A stretch of DNA of 64,000 nt from a virus (Duplodnaviria; Caudoviricetes), in the IMG/VR virus record IMGVR_UViG_3300035698_013504, positions 32,001-96,000 of that record. The stretch is one strand, 5' to 3'. The notes under the pieces were generated by a model that saw only the letters and a program-made list of their open reading frames with translations, did no database searches and was not told the DNA's origin. The position numbers and the translations under genes are program-made. This document shows positions 27,132 through 34,480 of this stretch, piece after piece (positions within the stretch are counted from its first letter, which is position 1; each line of letters starts with the position of its first letter).

Positions 27132-28631
27132 ATGCTAAAATCGATACACTCAACCAGCTACGACTACGGCGAGCCCATGATGAGACTCGTGGACGTTCAT
27201 AGTCGCGGTGTCGACAGTGCCTGGATGGAGAAGCGGTCAGCGGTACTCACCGAAGCGATCGCGAACATCAGGCCAGAGCGTGGGCGGTCGTTCATTCACC
27301 TCATCGCCATGGGCTCGTGCGATACCTACGGCGGCAATCGCAACGGTGACTGGTTCACAAAGACAGCTGAAGAGTTCGAGGTCCCCTACCCGGAGGAGAA
27401 CCCTGAGAAGGGCGCTGGTAAACTCATCAAGGTAAGCTGTGGCCTCATCGAGCGTCATGACACCTTCGTGAAGTACGGGCACGTCTTTAGTCATCACAAG
27501 AATAAGGATCCCGGGATTGCCAGCGGGTCTATCCACACTTCGGCGTGGAACCCGGACATGGACCGCGTCGAGTTGATCATCAACGTCGACAACGGTAAGT
27601 GGGAGAATGACCTCACCAAGCTCGCGAGCGGTGACGACATCCCCGTGTCGATGGCGTGTAAGGTCCCGTGGGATATCTGTACCGCCTGCGGTCATTACGC
27701 CCGGACACGTAAGGACTACTGTTCGCACGCTAGAGACATGATGACACAGATTACGAAGTCGGGTCACCTCGTTGGCGTACTTAACGAGCGGCCCACCTTC
27801 TTCGACATCTCCAAGGTACTCCGCCCCGCCGACCGTATCGCCTGGAGTTTGCAGAAGGTCGCATCTGCCGCTAACACAATCGTGACACCGGACAACGTTA
27901 TCGTCTCTTCGTCAGCGTTGGCGGATGAGATGGGACTCGTAGCGCCCTTGGCGGTAGCTATGGACGTACCCCTTATCTTGATGAAGCGCGCGGCCCAGTT
28001 GCGTAAGCTCTCCGAGATGGAGAAAGAGGTTGAAGGTGAGATGCAGGGCCACAGCAAGAAGCGTGGCGTCATCCGCCTAACGATCGCAGTACCGCAAGAC
28101 GATCAGATTGACGAGAAGGACACGAAGACACTCAGGTCAGACGACCTGAACAATGTTCTCGGCCAGATGTCGGGTAAAGGCATCAGTCTTGGGCTGAAGG
28201 ACTTCTTACGCCTCGTAATGGGCGATATCGATGACTTGGACAGCGTCATCCCGACCGCGAGTTCTATGTTGCCATCAGTCTTCCGAGACCTAGTGGAAGA
28301 CGGCGACACGGAAGAAGTATCCGGTGACGCGACGTACAAGCCGACGAAGGGTAAGGTCTCCAAGGACACGGAGGCCGTCACCGACAAGCTCACTGAGAAG
28401 TGTTCAATTCACAGTGGTCCTGTCACGCGGCGAATCATGATCGTGAAGATCGGCCCGCGTCGGTCAGCGACGTCGGAGGATGATCAGGTGGAGAAGGCTT
28501 CGGCCGAAATCCAAGCAAAAGCGAGGGTGCTGGCACGTGAATACGCCAAGTACAAAATAGCCTTTGCGTCTGACCATTCTGCTGACGAGACTATAAACAC
28601 CTTGACCGTGTTACAAAACTTCGTACAATAA
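27132..28631 (+). CDS. Prohead (capsid maturation) protease with Cys/His insert
   Basis: HKNKD, VSMACKVPWDICTACGH...YCSH and FFDISKVLRPAD resemble HK97/assemblin-fold phage proteases; sits directly before scaffold- and capsid-like genes. Confidence 0.7.
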   Translation: MLKSIHSTSYDYGEPMMRLVDVHSRGVDSAWMEKRSAVLTEAIANIRPERGRSFIHLIAMGSCDTYGGNRNGDWFTKTAEEFEVPYPEENPEKGAGKLIKVSCGLIERHDTFVKYGHVFSHHKNKDPGIASGSIHTSAWNPDMDRVELIINVDNGKWENDLTKLASGDDIPVSMACKVPWDICTACGHYARTRKDYCSHARDMMTQITKSGHLVGVLNERPTFFDISKVLRPADRIAWSLQKVASAANTIVTPDNVIVSSSALADEMGLVAPLAVAMDVPLILMKRAAQLRKLSEMEKEVEGEMQGHSKKRGVIRLTIAVPQDDQIDEKDTKTLRSDDLNNVLGQMSGKGISLGLKDFLRLVMGDIDDLDSVIPTASSMLPSVFRDLVEDGDTEEVSGDATYKPTKGKVSKDTEAVTDKLTEKCSIHSGPVTRRIMIVKIGPRRSATSEDDQVEKASAEIQAKARVLAREYAKYKIAFASDHSADETINTLTVLQNFVQ

Positions 28632-28684
28632 AGGTAATGGCAAACACGGTCTTACGACGTATTACTCAGTAAAGGAGAAGTGTG

Positions 28685-29971
28685 ATGGCCAAAGACCCGA
28701 ACCTGCTCAGTCACATGCAGGGCTTCCTTGATGAAGTCCGCATGGAAAAGCAGGCGGCTGCGGGTGGACAGTCTGACCCCGGTACGTCCCACCCCGTTGG
28801 GAATGCTGACGACCAGACCCAAGCAGCGTCTGAAGGTGCCCGTTCGGCTGAAAACACCAGTGACGTTAAAGCTGGCGTAGGTGCGCCGTCTGTTGACTCC
28901 AGTGGAGAAGCAGGCTCAGCACCCGAGAACAGCACGAAGGGCCAAGGCACCGAGATCCAGGGAGCTGACGAAACGAAGGGTAACGTGCCGACGCCTGGCA
29001 CCGCCCCCGACAAGCCCACTGAGTCGACTTCGCATCAGTCGAACCAGACCTGGCAAGAGAAGTACTCGGCGCTTACCACGACCGGAAACCAGCTTATCGA
29101 ATTGCTTAGCAAGATCGATGGTGGTGTCCCGGAAGAGAAGCAGGCCGCAGAGGGCGAGCAGGCCCCTGTAGTCGCGCCTGTTGTTGCACCCGCCGTATCT
29201 GAAAAGACCGCCGCAGAGCAGAAAGCCGTCGAGGAAGCTGGCCAAGCCGGTTACCTCGCAGGTCAGGCGCTCGCCGGTGATCTCGGTATCGATAAGACGG
29301 CTGCCGAAGAGAACGCCGCTATCGTTAGTAGCATGATGAAGTCGGCCGATGAAGACGCGCAGACTTTCGTTGATTACGTCACGGGTTTCGCCGAGGGCGA
29401 GCAGCGAATGGGTAAGCAGTCTATGGTCCCCGCTGGTGCCCTCGAAGAGGAAACCGGTGAGGAAGCTCCGGCCGAAGCCCCCGCGCCTGAAGAGGAAGCC
29501 GCACTTGCCGCCCTTGCTGGCGGTGGTGGCGGTGGCGAAATGCCCCCGATGGGCGGCGAAATGCCCCCTATGGGCGGCGAAGCCCCTCCTGAGGCGGGTC
29601 TCGGAGAAGAGTCCGGCGCCGAAGAGGCCATTGTTCAGCTCATACAGGCCCTCGAGGAAGCTGGTATCTCCCCTGAAGAACTCATGGCCGCGCTCCAACA
29701 GGGTGGCGGTGGTGATATGATGGGTGGTGGTGAAGAGATGGCGATGGGCGGCGGCGGAATGCCCCCCATGCCCCCCGAAGCCCCCGCAGAAGCTCCTCCC
29801 GGTATCCCTGGGGAGGAAGCCAAGCTCGCTTCGCTTCGAATGACGGCTAAGGCTGAAGGCATGCTCGCAGGCATGATCCTCAGTCAGCCCCAGGAGAAGC
29901 AGGCCGCAGCGATGGTTACGATTCAGGGTCGCGTCCGAGACTTGCTCGCTGCTAAAGCGCAGAGAGCGTAG
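28685..29971 (+). CDS. Scaffold-like acidic, Ala/Glu/Gly-rich head protein
   Basis: Position after the protease; AAGGAG RBS; eight K-x-A/S motifs (EKQAA x3, EKTAA, DKTAA, EKYSA, GKQSM, AKLAS); low complexity. Confidence 0.6.
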   Translation: MAKDPNLLSHMQGFLDEVRMEKQAAAGGQSDPGTSHPVGNADDQTQAASEGARSAENTSDVKAGVGAPSVDSSGEAGSAPENSTKGQGTEIQGADETKGNVPTPGTAPDKPTESTSHQSNQTWQEKYSALTTTGNQLIELLSKIDGGVPEEKQAAEGEQAPVVAPVVAPAVSEKTAAEQKAVEEAGQAGYLAGQALAGDLGIDKTAAEENAAIVSSMMKSADEDAQTFVDYVTGFAEGEQRMGKQSMVPAGALEEETGEEAPAEAPAPEEEAALAALAGGGGGGEMPPMGGEMPPMGGEAPPEAGLGEESGAEEAIVQLIQALEEAGISPEELMAALQQGGGGDMMGGGEEMAMGGGGMPPMPPEAPAEAPPGIPGEEAKLASLRMTAKAEGMLAGMILSQPQEKQAAAMVTIQGRVRDLLAAKAQRA

Positions 29972-29982
29972 GAGGAACCCAA

Positions 29983-30375
29983 ATGTCGGAAATGATTCAA
30001 GTACCTAAGGGTCTCCTCCCGCTGGTGGTGTCCTTTGTCAAGCAGTCCAGTGCCCTGCTTAGGGAAGCTGGAGAGACGATGGAAGCCGGTCAGGAGAAGA
30101 CTGCCGCCGTACAAGAGGCTCTTACACAGAAGGCTGCTGCCGCTGTGAAAGAGTGTATTGAAAGCGGGTTGATGTCAGACGCAGCTAAGGAAAGCGCCAT
30201 CGGCACGTTGTCGACGGATCATGCTACCGCGCTGGCGTCGTTGGAAAAGGTTGCTCGAGATATCCGCCCCTTCTCTACAGGTGGACCTTCGCCTCGCTCG
30301 GGTGACGATGGCGGTACCGACGGTAAGTCGGCTGCCGATTCACAATTCGAACAAAAACTTGGCTTCACCGGTTAA
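29983..30375 (+). CDS. Small helical head-module protein
   Basis: AGGAGG RBS; VKQSS, EKTAA, EKVAR motifs. Confidence 0.7.
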   Translation: MSEMIQVPKGLLPLVVSFVKQSSALLREAGETMEAGQEKTAAVQEALTQKAAAAVKECIESGLMSDAAKESAIGTLSTDHATALASLEKVARDIRPFSTGGPSPRSGDDGGTDGKSAADSQFEQKLGFTG

Positions 30376-30418
30376 CGTTAACCGTTGAGTCATTCCCTCA
30401 ACAAGGAGGAATTAAGGT

Positions 30419-30946
30419 ATGCCTGGCGACATGACCCCCGGACAAATGTACGATCACGAGCTTAACCCCACGAAGGGGTGGCCGTCTCCGTACGCTATCG
30501 ATTACGCCGCAGCGGTCTCGGCCTCCGAGACCAATACGATTCAAGCTGGTATGGGCTGCTACCTGGACGCCAATGGCGAATTCAGGCTTGGTAGCTCCGC
30601 CGGTGCTGTCACGATCCTCATGCTTCAGAACGTGAATGACTTCGATGCGAACTCCGACGTCGGCAACATCTCCGGCGGCGTAATGAGCGGCTTGCCCTGT
30701 GTGGCCAGCTACGAAGTCTGGACGACCGAGTTCGTCGCTGGTAACTACGCCCCCAACGATTACCTCAAGATCGAAACCGCCGCTGGTAACATCGGCAAGG
30801 TCACTGAAGGCAACGCCTACATCGACCAGATCTGTGGTATCGTCTCGTTGGGTACGTTCAGCAACGAGCACCAGGTCAGCGTCCTGCAGTTCTGGACCTA
30901 TCACCTGCCGCCCATGAGTACGTCGAGCTCGTCTAGCTCCGCGTAG
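30419..30946 (+). CDS. Putative capsid decoration/cement protein
   Basis: AAGGAGG RBS; small beta-rich protein directly upstream of the MCP; C-terminal STSSSSSSA tail; function inferred from position. Confidence 0.55.
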   Translation: MPGDMTPGQMYDHELNPTKGWPSPYAIDYAAAVSASETNTIQAGMGCYLDANGEFRLGSSAGAVTILMLQNVNDFDANSDVGNISGGVMSGLPCVASYEVWTTEFVAGNYAPNDYLKIETAAGNIGKVTEGNAYIDQICGIVSLGTFSNEHQVSVLQFWTYHLPPMSTSSSSSSA

Positions 30947-30961
30947 CCGTTTCACAATCAG

Positions 30962-31003
30962 CCCGGAGACCGCTAGTCCCAGATAAGTGGAGCGGTCTCC
31001 GGG
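30962..31003 (+). promoter_or_regulatory. 13-bp perfect inverted repeat upstream of the MCP gene
   Basis: CCCGGAGACCGCT (30962-30974) and AGCGGTCTCCGGG (30991-31003); no U-tract. Confidence 0.6.
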
Positions 31004-31016
31004 AGTCACACGACAA

Positions 31017-31034
31017 TAGTGACACGTTACTAAC
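31017..31034. promoter_or_regulatory. Recurring intergenic motif, copy 3
   Basis: TAGTGACACGTTACTAAC upstream of the MCP RBS. Confidence 0.4.
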
Positions 31035-31059
31035 GTCGTAAACAGAAGGAGTAAAAGAG

Positions 31060-31985
31060 ATGCCCGACCCGACCGCCAAAATGGTCAACGAGGCACTTCT
31101 GGACCGCCTCGCAGACGACGGCATGAAGAAGGAAGCGCAAGACGCCGTCACGGACTACGTTCGCATGAGAGTTCGTGAAGACGGCTTCCTCCGCCGTATT
31201 ATGAATCCCGTCCAGATCAGCAACGATCAGCTCGACCGTCAGGTCGACACCGACAAGCCGGTGAAGATCGTCGACATGGAGCCGGACAGCCCGGCCGCCC
31301 AGAGTGTTCCGTTCGCGACTCTGCCCTCCAACCGCTACATCCGCGGTCGGAGATGTCGAGTTATGTTCGACCGGATCGAAACTCCCCGCTTCACTAAGGA
31401 TGTTACCGAGCTCCGTACGTACGACATGGACATCCGTCAGGTCCTGTCGGACAACGCGATCAAGGACGTCCTGGCCGAAGAGGATGGCAAGTTGTTGCGG
31501 CCATCACGCAGATTCTCGGTTCGCAGGGAGCCACGGTCACCGAGACCGGCAGTATTCAGTGGCAGGCCATCAGTGGCGGTATCACCCGCGACACCATCGC
31601 CGACGCCATGAAGATTCTCCCCTCCACCCCGAGTCACCTTAACTGCGCGACCGTCCTGGTGAACAACATCACCATCTGGGACATCGTGAAGTGGGAACGG
31701 CCCGAAGTTGGTGGCGATCTCGCACAGGAAATCCTGATCAACGGTTTCGCCGAGCGTACCCTCATGGGTTGCCGGTGGATCATCACGATCAAGACTTCGC
31801 TCGTCCCGACGAACACTATCTTCCAGTTTGCCGAACCGAAGTTTATCGGCAAATTTTTCGTTTTGGAAGATACGACGATGTACATCGACAGAAAAGCTTT
31901 CATGCTCGAGTTCTTCGCCTATGAAGAGATCGGTTGCACGATCGCCAATGTCGCTTCCGTAGCTCGCGCCGACTTCACGGCGTAA
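31060..31985 (+). CDS. Major capsid protein (HK97-fold-like), reading frame interrupted by a 1-nt shift near 31490
   Basis: ORF 31060..31611 reads as MCP-like up to IRQVLSDNAIKDVLAEEDGK; the -1 frame is open from 31491 (VAAITQILGSQGATVTETGSIQWQAISGGITRDTIADA) into ORF 31608..31985; joined product about 308 aa; position after protease and scaffold. Confidence 0.7.
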
Positions 31986-32012
31986 GCGGCGAACACGCCA
32001 AGACTCAGCCCG

Positions 32013-32040
32013 GTAAGGGGGCGGGGAAACCCGCCCTTAC
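32013..32040 (+). terminator. GC-rich hairpin with GAAA loop after the MCP gene
   Basis: GTAAGGGGGCGGG-GAAA-CCCGCCCTTAC; no clear U-tract, so it may be a stabiliser rather than a terminator. Confidence 0.4.
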
Positions 32041-32065
32041 CGAACTCATACTAAGGAGTACCGAG

Positions 32066-32407
32066 ATGTCCCAGGAACAGGACGCAGCCCTCGACGCTCT
32101 TCAGACGATTTCCGCTCAGGTCTATGTCCCGCGCTTCCTCGAGAAGTGTGCGGAACTCGGTGTCCCTATCGACAACGAGCAGGCCCTGGAAACCGCTTTG
32201 GAGACCACGGCTCTCCTGAAGATGGGGCAAGCTGAAGAGTCGACGTCTTTGATCCAGCGCGGTGCTGACGCCCTCCGTAAAAACGCGGGCGTTCCCACTG
32301 CTCAGGTTCAGGAGAAGGTCGCATCTGATGCGAGCCTCGTAGATCAGGTTATTGCCAATCCCAGTATCAGCGCCGCCCTCGACACTCTAAGGGCCGCCGC
32401 AAGCTAA
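32066..32407 (+). CDS. Small helical head-module protein
   Basis: AAGGAG RBS before ATG 32066 (track start 31934 overlaps the MCP); EKVAS motif. Confidence 0.7.
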   Translation: MSQEQDAALDALQTISAQVYVPRFLEKCAELGVPIDNEQALETALETTALLKMGQAEESTSLIQRGADALRKNAGVPTAQVQEKVASDASLVDQVIANPSISAALDTLRAAAS

Positions 32408-32423
32408 GCAAGGACGGAGAAGC

Positions 32424-32795
32424 ATGCCAGGTGCAAAGTCACATGATTTCGATATCACGTATATGACCGCGCGCGTGTCGAACCGTACAGCCACATCTGC
32501 TGACGGGGCCGCGTCCTCGATTGCTGAGCAGATTACGCTGTCGACGGCCCGACACGGGTACAACGGTCGTATCTTCGTTGCCGCTACCTTTCCGGGTGCG
32601 GTAACGGCTGCGACAGTTGAACTCCACCTGGATGTGCTTGGTGACGATTCTGTATGGGCTTTGGTCGAGTCGGCAACGATTTCGGGTTCAACGCTTATCC
32701 AGTTCACCGACCTTCCTCCGGGTGTGTACGTCGTCCGGTTAGCCGCTATGACCGGTAGTGGAACTATCACGTTCTATGAGCAGCATACGGCGTAA
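32424..32795 (+). CDS. Small beta-rich hypothetical structural protein
   Basis: GGAG RBS; Thr/Ala/Val-rich. Confidence 0.7.
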   Translation: MPGAKSHDFDITYMTARVSNRTATSADGAASSIAEQITLSTARHGYNGRIFVAATFPGAVTAATVELHLDVLGDDSVWALVESATISGSTLIQFTDLPPGVYVVRLAAMTGSGTITFYEQHTA

Positions 32796-32820
32796 AGAGT
32801 TCGCTTCAAACGTTAATCCC

Positions 32821-32858
32821 GGGGCGGCTAGGATACTCTCTTAGCCGTCCCTTCTTTC
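32821..32858 (+). terminator. Rho-independent terminator closing the head module
   Basis: GGGGCGGCTAG / TTAGCCGTCCC stem followed by TTCTTT. Confidence 0.6.
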
Positions 32859-32871
32859 TAGAGGCGACAGG

Positions 32872-33267
32872 ATGAAACCGCAAACGTCGATGTCACGCGA
32901 GCGTGAGATAGGTATTGGCATCGCCGACGCCATCAGCACGGGCGATCAGGGGCCGTGGTCAGCGCCTATGCGGCGCACGGGCCGCGTTACCGCAGTTACC
33001 GCGAGTGTAAAGACGCCGTCCTCAGGGGCGGCTGTCGCCATTGCGGTCGAGATTAGCCACAACAACGGTCAAACCTGGACGAGCGTATTTACCACCAACC
33101 TGACGATTGACTCCGCGGAGAGATCCTCAGTATCGGCGGCAACACCCTATGTTATCAACGCGAACGCCAGCATCTACGCCTCTGGTGGCATCCTGCGTAT
33201 CAATATCATAGCCGCGGGCACAAACACCAGCGGCTTAAGCGTGCAAATCCACACGCTGGAGGATTAA
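32872..33267 (+). CDS. Beta-rich hypothetical protein, paralog of 33968..34465
   Basis: Shared block S.NG.TWTS.FTT.LTID..E.....A.P.VI. Confidence 0.7.
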   Translation: MKPQTSMSREREIGIGIADAISTGDQGPWSAPMRRTGRVTAVTASVKTPSSGAAVAIAVEISHNNGQTWTSVFTTNLTIDSAERSSVSAATPYVINANASIYASGGILRINIIAAGTNTSGLSVQIHTLED

Positions 33268-33269
33268 CG

Positions 33270-33968
33270 GTGGCACGGCACTTCAGAAACCCGCCGATCG
33301 TTCTAATTTGCACCCTGCTGCTACTCTTCGCAGGATGCTCTATGTTTTACGACAGTTACGTCAAAACTCCCACCGCTAGCTTCAAAGAGAAGTCTAAGAC
33401 CACGTTTCCCAGCGGCAAAGTTGAAGAGAAGGAGACGGAGACCAAAGCGGGCGGCGGGGTGTTTAAGGGTGATGCCGCGAAGAAGCTGAAGATCGGTAAG
33501 GTACAGGTAGATAAGGCCGGGGCAAAGACAGACCCATCCACTTTTGAGCAGTGGAAGCAGAAGGTTAAGGGTAAAGAGGTCTACATCCTTTACGGCGCCT
33601 GCGGACTCGTTATGGTAGTGGGTTGCGTTTTAGGGTATTATGCAGGTAGCTGGAAACTCAGCGTCGTAATCTGCGCCGGTGCAGGCGCGGGGATGGGAAC
33701 GATAGTTCTCTTCGAGGAGTACCCCTGGGTGGTTCTTCTTCCGGTTGCGTTCTTTATCGCGGCCGGAGTGTTCCTCTTGTGGCACCTCGCACGCGGTAAG
33801 TCGATTGTTCGCACCCTAGGTGTGGTCACCGGCGCCCTTGAAGACTTGGAGGACGACGACCCAAGAGCTGCTAAAGCCGCGAAGAAGAACATCCGTAGAC
33901 GTGCAGGATCGAAGGAATCGCTGGTCAAGCGCGATATCACAGTGGTTAAAAGGAAGTTGAGGATATAA
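33270..33968 (+). CDS. Predicted lipoprotein with C-terminal transmembrane helices
   Basis: Basic N-terminus, hydrophobic core and lipobox FAGC; about three hydrophobic segments in the C-terminal half; basic tail. Confidence 0.65.
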   Translation: MARHFRNPPIVLICTLLLLFAGCSMFYDSYVKTPTASFKEKSKTTFPSGKVEEKETETKAGGGVFKGDAAKKLKIGKVQVDKAGAKTDPSTFEQWKQKVKGKEVYILYGACGLVMVVGCVLGYYAGSWKLSVVICAGAGAGMGTIVLFEEYPWVVLLPVAFFIAAGVFLLWHLARGKSIVRTLGVVTGALEDLEDDDPRAAKAAKKNIRRRAGSKESLVKRDITVVKRKLRI

Positions 33969-34465
33969 TGGCTGATCGTCCGGCACTCATTTTACGCGAT
34001 ACCACTCAGTCGAGCATTAAGACGGGTGACCGCCTCGTCGACGCTGACGGCGTCCCCTACTCGCAGGGCGGTCAACGTCTTGTTGGTTTCGCGGCCAACG
34101 GCGCCTTTGCTACCGGCGATATCTCCCCGTGGTCCGGGCCGCTTTTGATTGCAGCAGCGACCGTAGATAGCGTCTCGGCATGTGTTAAGTCCGCGGCAAC
34201 GACTAATCCTGTTGAAATCGACGTGTTGATCAGCTCAGATAACGGCGCGACGTGGACATCTATCTTCACGACTACATTAACGATCGACGCCAGCGAGTTA
34301 ACGTCTACTACGGCCGCCGTACCCGCTGTAATCGATACGGCAAACAACACCATCAACGCTACAGACATGCTCCGTATTAATGTAGACGTTGCTGACGATG
34401 CAGAGGATCTTACCGTACAAATCGGTCTTGTGGACACAGCGTCGTCATCGTCGAGCTCGGCATAG
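33968..34465 (+). CDS. Beta-rich hypothetical protein with poly-Ser tail
   Basis: TAATG overlap; paralog of 32872..33267; ends TASSSSSSA. Confidence 0.7.
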   Translation: MADRPALILRDTTQSSIKTGDRLVDADGVPYSQGGQRLVGFAANGAFATGDISPWSGPLLIAAATVDSVSACVKSAATTNPVEIDVLISSDNGATWTSIFTTTLTIDASELTSTTAAVPAVIDTANNTINATDMLRINVDVADDAEDLTVQIGLVDTASSSSSSA

Positions 34466-34480
34466 AGGAGACTGACAGCT

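Noticed and set aside
31304-31642. Third-frame ORF overlapping the capsid gene
   Set aside because: Arg/Ser-rich shadow translation; the -1 frame, not this one, joins the two MCP halves
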